A stretch of 64,000 nt of DNA from Antedon mediterranea (Eukaryota; Animalia; Echinodermata), in contig NC_092677.1 of NCBI RefSeq assembly GCF_964355755.1, positions 1,448,101-1,512,100 of the forward strand, written 5' to 3'. Position 1 is the stretch's first letter. Every line of letters begins with the position of its first letter. This document shows, piece by piece, positions 38,789 to 51,518 of this stretch. The position numbers and the translations under genes were made by a program. Below the pieces are notes generated by a model. The model had not been told where the DNA came from, did no database searches, and saw only the letters and a program-made list of their open reading frames with translations.

Positions 38789-41302
38789 ATGAAGGCGAAA
38801 TGCACAAGTGCGATGATACACCTGATTATTCAACTTTGTGGATGTAAGTACAAATATTAAATTTCTTTTTTTCACAAAATGACGCAATCGTAAATCGTTA
38901 TTTGTTAGCTTGTTCGATTTGGTTTCAGGTACAAGTGCACAAACACCAGTGACAGTGGATGCTGCTAAAGTCAAAGAGTTTGAAAATGTAACAATGGTGT
39001 GCACTTATATATTTCTGATAGGAGATTCATTGCTGCAACTGGGTTGGTCAAAAACTGATGACAATGGTCAACAAATAGGACCTGCTCTTGTGGTTTCTAC
39101 AGGACTAACAACCAATGGTCGATACAGTTTGTCCAATAATAATCTTATAATAACTGATGTTGAACGAGGTGACGCAGACAACTATCGTTGTGCTGTTAGC
39201 ACCGTTAATGGAAATCCTGGTGATGACTCTGCAGAACTCGCAGTCATTTGTAAGTAGTAGATGATGCATTTTGTACAACATTTTCAAACAAGATGTCTTA
39301 GTAATCTCTGTAATCTCCATTTAAATTGTATGACTTTCAAAGTGAGATAATGCTTAGAAGTATCTTTATATTTAGACTGGACAATCAGATGTCAGATGTA
39401 ATATTGCATTTCACTTTTGATATTTGTCAGCAAACTGTAGGCCTATATGTAAATATGAATAAGGAACATAATACACTTGTAAACAGCTTAATTGGGTGAC
39501 TATTTTCTAGTGTAGTGGATGATCCTAATATGTTTAAGTACATGTTTTATGGTTTAGTTTTATTTTTTAAATTTTATTTTTTTAAATTATTGTTATAATT
39601 CCGTAAAGACGAAAGTACATAAAATGTTAATTCAAAAAATTAATAAAATATACTTCTAACTTATAATTACTTTGTGAGTAAAACATAAATAAAACATTTC
39701 AGTTGATACTATTGTGTAGCAATACAAAACGTGGCTATCATAAAAATATATCATGACAATACAGCCAGTTATAGGTACCTTATATTTAAGGATATTACAT
39801 TTAATATTTAAAAAGTATTTTAAAATCGTTAAATGTAAATTGTCTATACACAGATCTTGACAACCCAGGTTTGAAGCTAATGTCTAACGATGATGAAGCA
39901 GCAACATTTAAATGTACTGAACCTGATGGATTCCAAACACCAATTAGCATCACATGGATCAAAGGGGTGACATCACACTTGATGTGTGTGATACACAAAA
40001 GTATCCGTCTTCTGATGCAACATTAACGATTGATGACGTTGATGAGACAGATGAGGGAGTTTATCAGTGTAGAGCAGAGAATGCTGCTTACAGTGGAACA
40101 GAAAAAAAAACTTAGTAACATTGTTACCCTCATCACAGTAGGTTGGTACGATTGGAATCAAATAGTTTCATAACTGTTAATTTATACAATGAATACATAC
40201 TATATATAAAGAGACATTTCATTCTTTCGGATCGTGTTTTCTCTACCACAAATAATTTGTCTTTGTTCCTAAATGATATGGATAGCACTGGTGAGCTAAC
40301 ACAACAAAAAGGGAACACTTTAATTGTATTTTGTTGTTTTTGTTATTATTATGTAGGTGTTTTATGATATGAACGCATGATAAGTTTCGATAATAATGCT
40401 TATTTATTTTTTTAGAATTGACGACTACTTCTATATCCAGTAAGTCAACTATAAGTACGTTGCATTGTATTATATTGTAAATTTCCGGGTTTGAACGAAA
40501 TAAAAGTGGAAAGAACCCACAAAAGAAAAGAAAACATTAAAACAAATCCGGGTTTGATTCCCAAACAGACAAGCATGAAAATGTGAACAATTGATGTGAG
40601 CATCTTAAAAGCAACAGCGACGACAATTAGTCAAAATCATTTTTGAGAAGACATACAAGGAGAGAAAATATATACAAAGGTTCCCTGGATATTTGCTTAC
40701 TTCATACAATTATGAAAACACTGACACAGTACTACTATTTGTTCAGTTTTAAGTACTCCAGAAGTTCCAAAGAGTGAGGGCGTGTGTAATTTAACAGGTC
40801 TTGTTGTTGGAATGATGTTTGTTGGTGTGCTCCTTGGATTCGTTCTCTGTTTGCTGGTGGGTTTTATCATCAGCAAAATAAGGTCACATGCACAGGTAAA
40901 GTATAATTCAGAAAGTAGAACAAAAAAAGCAAAATAGCCAAGGTTTAGGGAAATACTGTACACTGCACATATAGTGTGTAGAAATATACATTAAATGTAT
41001 TTGTTGATGTTTTATTTTAAAGGCACCGACATCGAAAAACGCCAACCAATCAGAGGTAAGGATGCCATACAACTTTCAATACTAATTTTCACTCGTCATT
41101 ATCATTATAATTGTCACCAATAAAGGTTTATACGTTTCTAATTCTTTTTCTATCCAATAAACTTTATTTTAAGCAGCAGGGGTATATGACTTACACTGGA
41201 GAGACAGATAACAAGGATAGCCATACATACCAAGATCTACAGAAGAAAGAAGATAATCAAGCTGTATATCTAAATGTTAAAGCAAAGAAGGACAAACAAT
41301 AA
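38789..41302 (+). pseudogene. Ig receptor copy 4 (frameshifted as assembled)
   Basis: Exons 38789-38843 (MKAKCTSAMIHLIIQLCG), 38929-39249, 39854-40141, 40416-40439, 40747(or 40762)-40895, 41023-41055 and 41174-41302. Ig2 has +2 at aaaGGGGtgac (~39964) and +1 in an A-run (~40102-40110), with a stop between them. Both indels lie in homopolymers. Confidence 0.7.
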
Positions 41303-42444
41303 TGCATCTTATTGTTAATGAAATGTCACAGTTTGAAAATTGTTGGTTTTAATAATATAACTCAATAATTTAGGGGTAAAACTGACAAAATAATTAATTA
41401 ATTAATTTAAAATAACAAGAAAAATTTGAATTCTGCAATTTGTTTAAAAAAAAACCATACACTTTATACCTAGTACCATTGCCTATGGTGTATAGCAACA
41501 TGTGATGTATAGATGAAAACCATAAGACATATCTAAAAAACAAGATACATGTATACGAATTCTATTTCTTGGTCATTATTTCGTACTGAAATTAAAATTT
41601 GCTTGTAGTTGAATCGTTGAATATTTGAAAACAACATACAAAGGAAAAATAAAGATTTCCTACACCAACACGCGTTTAAGTCCATATTATAAAAGTGTTC
41701 TTTAATTTAATTTCGCTCTCGATTGCTTGTTTGGTTGCTTGCTGACATTTTTTCATAAGTGCATAAGTTCAAAAATATTTTTTCCCTGTAGCTTTCATTT
41801 TCTTACTAAATTGCTATACACTCTTTAGTCTTCACGCTTATTAGACATTACAAGCAACTATCGTTACTGGTTGGTTCTATTTTTTGTTAATTTAATACAT
41901 AACTTGTCAAACTACTTTCTTTTATTCAGTAAATTAATTGTCACTAATAAAAACGGTCAGGTATATTGATTCAATCGATATTAGACATGAACGATACTGT
42001 ATTGAGGAAGTAGACATAGTAATATATCAAAGTATGAATTCACACTCATAACAATAACAGGAACAATCAGTATTTCAATATACATTATATACAATAGTGG
42101 AATAGTTCTGCTTTATATTCCCACTGGTCGTATTTAAGATTTCCTGCTTTATAGATTTGTAATAAAGACGGAAATGTAAACAAGATATGTGATATCTTGT
42201 TTTTTTTTCAACTTTGTGTTTGTAAGAAGACAGTTATTTAGAAATATAGGAAATATGTTTTTTCACAAAAAAATAATCTAAACATTGGGCTACCATACAG
42301 TATGGAGAAAGTAAATAAACATTTAAATCAATACTCATTCAGACAATACAAGCCCATCAGTGTCCTGTATATACTATTGAGAGACAAGAGTCAAAGTATC
42401 ATTTTTGATTTTTAGATTGTTTAGGCGTGACTTTAACAGAAGTA

Positions 42445-44413
42445 ATGGCGATATGTGAGTGTGCACTCATTTTCTTGATTTTCCAATGCGACTGTAAGTA
42501 GAAACTTTGAATATAATTGGTGTAACCAATCATGCATGTTTATTAGTAGGGTCCTACTATGGTTTCAACATAAAATTATAAGACTGGCTATGGAGTTTGA
42601 CGGCGTAACCAATTTGTATTGTATTGTTTGTATTAATTGATTTGTTTCATTAAATACATTGCCACCCATTCATTTTCTGTGTATATAGTTATAAATGGTC
42701 AAACTCATCCTCTTATCAATGTACAAGATGCTAATGTTAAATTAGGTGAAGATGCTGTTATCACCTGTGATTACACACTCAGTGGTACAAGAACATTTAA
42801 TGCTGCTCAATGGTACAATAGCAATTCAGACGAAAACCCACTTGTTAAAACTGCAGTGTCAAATCAAAATGGTAGATATACAGCTGATACCTCATTCACA
42901 AGCTGGTGTAACTACTCTCACCATTGCAAACTCAGTGTTGTCTGATGATGGACACTATAGGTGTAGAATTTTTGATTCGTCTATTTTATCTGGTGAAAAC
43001 AACGGAAATCGTACTGTTCAATGTAAGTAGGAATAAATCTACGAATGACATACTGTAGATTTAAGTCATTCAAAAAAATAGGCAATCATCATTTTAATAT
43101 AAAGACAATTGATTTTGTCAATACAGATCTGGAAACCCCCGTTTTGAAGTCGAACACATTATCTGCCATGATAAATGACACCGCAACATTTACATGTACT
43201 AAACTTATCGGTGAACCAAAATCAATTACTGTCAGATGGACAAAAAATGATGCTACGCTAGATATTTCTGATACAGACAAATATCAGTCTTCTGATGCAA
43301 CATTAATAATTAATCAAGTAGATGAAATGGACGACGGAAGTTATCGGTGTGTAGCAGAGAATGCTGCTTACAGTGGAGATGAAGGAAAGCCTAGTAATCC
43401 TCTTATACTCTCAGTAGGTTGGTTGCAATAAAGTTGTTATAACTAATGATACAATAATATCATATTTTATTGAGATCATAGGTATAATATAGTCTATCAT
43501 AATTAGACGGAATATTCCAACAATTATGTATTATGCGGTAATGGAAATAAAGCACAGCTACACAGTTTAATTATAAAAGGCCTTTTTATAATAATATTAA
43601 TAGAACAAGAAAATATATAAAACCAATAGATGAACTGACTATGTTTAAATAACATAATCATATGTACTTTCTATTTCTTTAGCATTGACGACAACTTTTT
43701 CTACATCCAGTAGGTCAACTACACGTACGTTTTGTTTGTTTGCATTGCACTAATAGTTTCCTATTTTTAGGTTTGCGAATAAAAAATATGACTATTGTAT
43801 ATTTGTTATGTCACAATCACATGGTAACTCTGATCCTCTTGATTTGTACATCGTTCGTACACAGAAGTTCCAAATAGTGAGGATGTATGTACTTCAACTG
43901 GTCATGTTGTTGGAATGACGTTTGTTGGTGTGCTCATTGGATTCATTTTCTGTTTGATTGTGGTTTTCATCATCAGCAAAAAAAGGACGACAAAATCACA
44001 GGTAAAGTATAATTCAGAAGGTAGAAAAAAAATAGTAAAATAGTCGAAAGTTAAGTGAAATACCGTCACACGTAATGGCAAACGTATTATTATTCAATTT
44101 ACTTTTTGATGTTTTATTTCAAAGGCACCGACATAAATAAATGACAACCAATCAGGGGTAAGAATGCTATACTTCAACCTTAATTATTCGCTTTCACTTT
44201 AATCATTACCATTATTGTCACCAATACACAATAAAGGTTTGCATGATTGTAATTCATCTTACTTTACTGTTGTATTTTTTTTAGCAGCAAGAGTATATGA
44301 CTTATACTGGAGAGACAGATAAAGAAACAAACCACACATACCAAGATTTACAGAAGAAAGACGATAATCAAGCTGTATATGTAAATGTTAAAGCAAAGAA
44401 GGACAAAAAATAA
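42445..44413 (+). pseudogene. Ig receptor copy 5 (paralogue of copy 2, disrupted)
   Basis: Exons 42445-42493, 42689-43022 (frameshift ~42895), 43127-43417, 43683-43709, 43865-44001, 44125-44157 (in-frame TAA after A-P-T) and 44285-44413. Confidence 0.85.
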
Positions 44414-45312
44414 TATACATGTTTAAAATAAAAATGAAAGAAATACATTATTATTATTATTCCTATTATTAATGAAACACCATTGGTTTAAAACTACATG
44501 AATGACATACCTCTTGTTGATTTAATTATAGAAATAAAGAGAAATCAAAATCTGTAGAAAGTGATTTCTTTCTCTTGATTTAACTCTTTAACGCGTACAA
44601 ATTTAATAACAAGGAAATGTGAATGCTGCAATTTGTATCATCATTAACAAAACAAAACCCTCTATGTACCTATAGTGGCATAATCTACCAGTGGTATAGA
44701 GCAACATATGATGTAACGATGAAAACAATTAAAATAACCCTGTATGGATCGTATGGTACAACTTTTTTTTTTCTATCCGTGGGCCTAGGCGAAGGTCTAA
44801 ATCACTTGGATCTACCAATGGGTTCTGTAATAAAAAGTGTTACTTTGCTTTTATATGAGTTCTTGTTTATCAGTATGAGTCCAACTCCCAATAAATGTCC
44901 AAATATTGTCAAATAATAACAACAATTAAGAGATATGTTTCAAATACAATCTATAATCAAAGTGTAAATTCATTCGTTAAACAACAAAATGCCGTGACAT
45001 GAGATGCAAAAGAGAAATCAATAGCCTATATAATTAACAGTTGACGGCCGTTTAATTAGTATATTAGTACCGTAGCCTATAGGCCTAGTAATGGACCCCA
45101 TCGTCACCAACAACGGCACCAAAATGCCATTTTCTTGTTCAAAGAATCATCGTTACTTTTGATGCAGGACACATCAAGTTTGTGCCAATTTCACAATAGC
45201 AATTGTTTGAGAAATTAAAGTTTAGACCAAAGATACTTTAGCGTTATGAAGTGGCGCCACTCTACGTGGCGCGTTATACGATCTTTGGTTTTAGACTGGG
45301 TGTTGCCGGGGA

Positions 45313-46236
45313 GCGATTTTTTTTTTCGTACATAAGTTGGGGACCCCCTCATGAAACGTCACAAAATAAATATGAATAATTCATCAGTTCAATTTTTGTT
45401 GTTCGGTGTGCACCCAAGCGTATAGCAACAAGAAGTGATTACACAAGTGCGGTACGATTCTAGGCCTATCTCCGCTGTTGTTGCGGCGTGCGATTTCATA
45501 GAAGAATAGCAGCGTTTTGTGTGGATTGTCGAAATAATCAGCCTTTAGTTTATGGTGTTTTTAATATAATTTATTACTAAAGAATTACGTGTTAACATTA
45601 TAGTTTCTATTAATACTATTAGGCCTAATTATTAGTCTCTAAACCCATGTCTATTCTAGTGTAGTAGCTGTGTGGATGTGTGTGACGTGTGTGTGTTAGG
45701 TATGACACAATCCGAGTAATAAGTCAGCAAAATTAAACAATAAACATTACACAAAAATAAATGTTTTATTCTCGTGGGTCTAATCTAATCTTCTCATCTC
45801 ATGTGTTCATATACGCGCATTTTTAAAGTTCCTTTGAGTACATGTATATTGTTTGATAATAAAATAGCAGAATTAAAAAAATACAGTAAACAAATTATAC
45901 ACATTCTATATTCTTGTGGGTCTAAGCTTTCTTTGGGCTATGTCCAATGAATTACTACTTAGTTTAATGTCTTGCCTAGCTGTCGATTAGCTTCGACTCG
46001 ACACATTTTGCATAGTGGTGGTGTGTGTGAAGAAGAGTGCGCGAAGGCAATCGCGTGAATTGACTTAGAATACTAGGCCTACTGTGTAGAAAGTATTGTA
46101 TCGCAGTTGTGTAATCACTTCTTGTTGCTATACGCTTGGGTGCACACGGAACAACAAATTTAACTGATGAATTATTCATGTTTATTTTGTGACGTTTCAT
46201 GAGGGGTCCCCAACTTATGTACGAAAAAAAAATCGC
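45313..46236. mobile_element. MULE/Mutator-like MITE
   Basis: ~140-bp TIRs (GCGATTTTT..CGTACATAAGTTGGGGACCCC..) and a 9-bp TSD TGCCGGGGA on both sides. The empty site is at ~34270 in the paralogous block. Confidence 0.88.
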
Positions 46237-46412
46237 TGCCGGGGATAGAGCGAGATAGCTTAGTGAACGATGAGGGCGTGTGTAATTAATTCAATCCAGA
46301 GTCATCAGATTCAATAAACTCGTATTAGGTCTACTTTCAAAATCTCACAAAACAAGGAAGGACAATTCGATTTATATTCTGTATTCACTATACTAGTAAT
46401 TCTGTCTTTGTG

Positions 46413-49275
46413 ATGATGACTACTTGTTGTTTGCTGCTATTTGTTCTTGTATTTGGTAAGTACCAGGCTTTAATGTTTTGTGGTCAAACTAAGAAAACAT
46501 TTAATTTTGTATTTTTGGTAAACACATTTTCCGCATTGTTTGAAATACAAATAATTATACAGTCATGCGTTTTATGTTATTTCCGGATTATAGATGGTGG
46601 TTCAACTTTATTTTATTTATTTTATTTTATTTCATCAAAACCAACAGCAACGAAAGTTGCCACTTAGGCCTAAAGATATGAAACAGAAAACAGATACAAC
46701 TGTAGTAAAAATGAGCCTATTGAGCACAATTATTGAAAAAAAGAATGCAATGAGTCATAAATGAAGAATAACTATTGAAAAAAATATCAACATTTACATT
46801 TGACTCACTTAAATAGTTGTAAGCCTACAAAGAAGGCAAGCGTGTCTGAAACCCCCTTTTCGAGACATTTACTCTATTAAACGGAACATAAAAAGTGGAC
46901 TTAACTCTGAAATGAGAACAACAGTCGCAACTAAAAAAACAATTGACACTCTTATAAAGAAACATTAAATCAGACACACTTATTCCAAATTTAAGAGGTT
47001 CAAGACAATTAACAACATCAAAACGATTACAAAGAAACCTAACAAACTTATTTTTAACACGTTGAAGCCTTGTGGCATGAATATCAGAGTAAATTTAAAT
47101 TTTCAACAATCATAAAAATAAACTATCAAGTGAAAGTTGTTCCGGTTATCTGTGTTACGTTTCTGTGTGTCCATTTTTGGTCATGACTGGACCACATGGT
47201 TCAGTTGTGTTTGTGTACGACCCGGAAACTACGAGAAAATGCATTTAATAGAATTTATTATTTTTTTTTATTATCATAATTCTGATTTAAATACTTTGAA
47301 GCATAATGTCATATTCACAGACAAATTTAGTTTCAGATACAAGTGCCCAAACACAAGTGACAGTCATTGCTGGTACAGCAAAAGTAGATGACGATGCAAC
47401 AATGACGTGTACTTATACACTTCTACAAGGAGATTCATTGCTACAACTGGCTTGGGCAAAAGCTGATGACAGTGGACAAGCAGTAGGAAGTGCTCTTGTC
47501 ACTACAGGACAACCAACCAATGATCGTTACAGTTTATCTAATAATAATCTTATAATAACTGATGTTGTAAGAGAAGATACAGACAACTATCGTTGTGCTG
47601 TTAGCACCATTGGTGGAAATAGTGCTGAAAACTTTGCTAATCTCACGGTCTATTGTGAGTATGTAGCTAATTATGAATGAGTGTTCAAAGTTTTTGAAAT
47701 GAAAAATATTAAAACTTCAACCCAGCAATAAAATAAGACGTTAATACATTTGCATTTAACTTACATTTTACAATTGTTGTGAAAATGTTGCAATGCATAC
47801 GCAAAATAGGCCTCCTGATTTGTTCGTTATGTAGTCATGAATGAACATGTTTGCATTACCAGATCTTGAAGAACCAGTTCTGAATCCAACAAAGTTGTCT
47901 GTCCACGCAACTGAAACTGTGACATTTACATGTTCTAACCTTATTGGTGTACCAACACCAATTACCGTCACGTGGATCAAAGATGACGTCACACTTGATG
48001 TGTCTGATACGATAAAGTATCCGTCTTCTGATACAACATTGACGATTAATGACGTTGATGTATCAGACGAGAGCGTCTATCAGTGTAGAACAGAGAATGC
48101 TGCTTATAGTGGAACAGATGGAAAACTTAGTAATACTGCCACACTGTCAATAGGTTGGTTGAAATACACATTTTGATAAATAATATATTTTATTGGCATC
48201 ATAGTCGGCCTATAAGTATTTTCTGCATGTCATAATTATAAATGGAATATTCATATTACAGTATATTATGTCATGTGGTAACAAAAATAAAGCACAGGTA
48301 CACAGCGAAAACTGTAAGTTTCAGTTTATTTTAGTTATAAAAGCCATCTTTATAATATGAACGCATGGCGTGTTTTACTAAATATTGCTTGTTTGTTTTA
48401 TATATTTCTTTAGCATTGACGACAACTTCTTTTATATCCGGTAAGTCAACTACACGTAGGTTTTGTTTGCATTGTATTTATTGTACATTTCCGGGTCTTT
48501 CCATTTTCGTAAAGCAAATAAAGGATAGAAATGGAAAGGAATATCCCCGCTTCATCCCCAGGATCTGCATGAGTGATTAAAGGGAAAATAATGATGACCT
48601 TTGTATATTTGAATTGTCAACATTATAAACATGTTTAAAACAAATGGTAACACTAATCCTTCTGTATTATTTGTTCAGTTTTAAGTACAGAAGCTCCAAA
48701 GAGTGAGAATGATTGTAATTCAACAGGTCTTGTTGTTGGAATGACGTTTGTTGGTGTGCTCATTGGATTCATTCTCTGTTTGCTTGTGGGGTTTATCCTG
48801 AACAAAATAAGGAAGTCACATGCACAGGTAAAGTATAATTCAGAAAGTAGAACCAAAAGCAAAAGTTTAGACTTAAAAATAATGACCAAAGGTTTAATGA
48901 AGTACCACATACTTAAGTAATAGAAACTATTTTAACATTAAATATGATGTTTTATTTTGAAGGTACCTACATCGAAAAACGCCACCCAATCAGGGGTAAG
49001 GATGTTACTTCAACTTTAAGTATTCCATTTCACTCGTCGTCGTCATCACCATCATTATTATTACTATTGCCACCAATATATCAATAAAGGTTTACACGAT
49101 TTTCATTCTTCTTTTTGCATGCACTAAACTTTTGTATTTTTTTTAGCAGCAAGAGTATATGACTTATACTGGAGAAACAGATAAAGATACAAACCACACA
49201 TACCAAGATTTACAGAAGAAAGACGATAATCAAGCTGTATATGTAAATGTTAAAGCAAAAAAGGACAAAAAATAA
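46413..49275 (+). CDS. Ig receptor copy 6 (paralogue of copy 3, apparently intact)
   Basis: Exons 46413-46455, 47331-47654, 47863-48153, 48414-48440, 48679(or 48691)-48827, 48963-48995 and 49147-49275. Tail: QQEYMTYTGETDKDTNHTYQDLQKKDDNQAVYVNVKAKKDKK. Confidence 0.9.
46606..47095 (-). mobile_element. Insertion in intron 1 of copy 6 with a (TAAAA)n tail, probable LINE 3' fragment
   Basis: (tttta)n at ~46607-46632; absent from the copy 3 intron (ggttca-aattttcaac at ~34625-34640). Confidence 0.6.
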
Positions 49276-50461
49276 TATACATGTTTAAAATAAAATGAAA
49301 GAAATACATCAGTATTACTATTCTTATTATTAATGGAATATCATTGGTTTGAAACTACAATCACATACATCTTGTTGATTTTATTATAGAAATAAAGAGA
49401 AATCATAACCTGTAGAAAGTGTTTTCTTTCTCTTGATTTAACTCTTTAACGCGTACAAATTTAATAACAAGAAATGTGAATGCTGATATTTGTATTATCA
49501 TTAACTAAACAAAATATACAAAAGCACTTATAGTGAAATAATATATACCAATATTATATAGCAACATGTGATATAAAGATGAAAACCACAGACTTACTTG
49601 AAAAATGTAAAAAAAAGATATATGTAACTAACAACGATACATTTATTAAAATGTTATTTTCTATTTTTGATTTTTTTGAATTAAAACTTGTTTGTATTAG
49701 ACCGACTTTGATTCGTTACTTTGATTTTAATGTTTGAATGCATTAGTACATTGACATATAATGACATACTAGAATAGACTAGACAATCAATTCTTTTAAC
49801 ACGCGTGTAATTGTATTATTGTTATATAGCATTCTTTAATTTAATTCGCCTCGAGATGTGCTTTTGTTGCTTGCTGCCATATTTTTTCAAAGAGTTTAGT
49901 AATGATCAAATTGATTTTTAAACGTACAAACTAAATTCTAGGGACAAATTGGACGGAGGTTTTAAAGTTATGTGCGATTCAGGTTCATTTCTTTTTTAGG
50001 GAAGACATTAAGAAATACCTATAATAATAATAAATAGTAGTTTGAACTACTTACTGTATAAATACAATTTTTAAAAGGCTAGGTGTTTTATGATTTTATT
50101 TTAAATAATTGATACCATTAAAAAAGAATAATTGTATCATCTTGATTTAGACGGAAGTACATTCATTCATTCTTTCTTGGAGATCCAAGAAACATTTATT
50201 ATATATGGCCTTTGGCCCAAATAATATACAATGTAATACAATATTAAATAAATATCAGTTGTAGAAGTACAGTGGACTATAATTATGAAGGAAGTAAAAC
50301 TAATATATCACAAGTATGAATGGCAATCCAGAATCAAACGACAGGAAAAATCAATACTTCAGTATACAATACAGTACAGTGTGGTAGAGTGCAAGACAAT
50401 AATAGTGAAATAGTCACCACCTAATAAAGCGGAACAGATTTCTATATTTTACAGATTTTTA

Positions 50462-51478
50462 ATGGAGGTGAAAAATAAAAATGCGATGATTGTAAGTACA
50501 AATATTTAAAATATTTTTTCACAAAATGACGCAATCATAAATCGTTAATTGTTATTTTGTTTAATTTAGTTTCAGATACAAGTGGATGCTGCTAAAATTT
50601 GTAAATGTAAGAATGATGTGCACTCCCACATTTTGTACAGGAAAATCGTTGCTTCAACTTGTTTTGTCAAAAGTTGATGGCAGTGGTCAACAAGAAGCTA
50701 GCTAGGCCTTCTTGCAGTACAGAAACTTACAGAGCAAAGATCGTTAAAAAAAATATGCCCTGCTCTTTTAATCATGAACAGAAGAGGGCGGTGTTTAGCC
50801 TTACTACAAATAATATACTCGTGAAGTTGCATTTTCTTCTTGTAAATAGATTGCTGTGAAGATGAAGAGTGTTTCCTTCTTGTTATTGTTTCTTCTATAT
50901 TTACGACGTAAGTAAAATTCACTAAACTAAACCTGTAATTAAGCATTCTCTAAGAGTTAATCAACTTCTTTGATGATTTGAACAGTTATTAACTAAATAT
51001 ATTTTGCTTGTAAATATATCTATTTATAATAGGTTTATGGAACGCCAGGATGGAGATACATAGTATGTCCGTCCTAGCGTGTCATATAGGTTCAAACGCT
51101 AGATATAGTTTAGCTAAATACTGCATGAGGCCTGTAACATCGTGACATACTTATGCTGCTCTACTGTCGCTGTGCTACTAATTGTGCAAATAGTTATATA
51201 TACATATAGGGCTAGTGTTGCCCGAAAGCTCTGCTAACTTTACTGGCTATTTTACTTTATCGTTTTGATTTAGCCTTTTCGCTTTTTTTTGTATCTTTAT
51301 TGAGATCCAGCCACTGACACTCACAGCATTTTCATTTTTTCAGTAATTTGCCTTTTGATTTATATATAATTATATATATAAATTTTAAAATATATATTTT
51401 TAAAATATATATTCGCTCTTGATTTCAATTGAGCACTTTTGCTGCCTCAACGCATCTATATAAATATAATTATCAATA

Positions 51479-51518
<40 letters not shown>

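Larger units (their letters stand above)
27715..50570 (+). repeat. ~12-kb-period block duplication (~27.7-38.9 kb vs ~39.8-50.6 kb)
   Basis: Collinear homology of exons, introns and intergenic DNA: 3' half of copy 1 ~ copy 4, copy 2 ~ 5, copy 3 ~ 6, leader of copy 4 ~ leader of copy 7. Confidence 0.9.
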
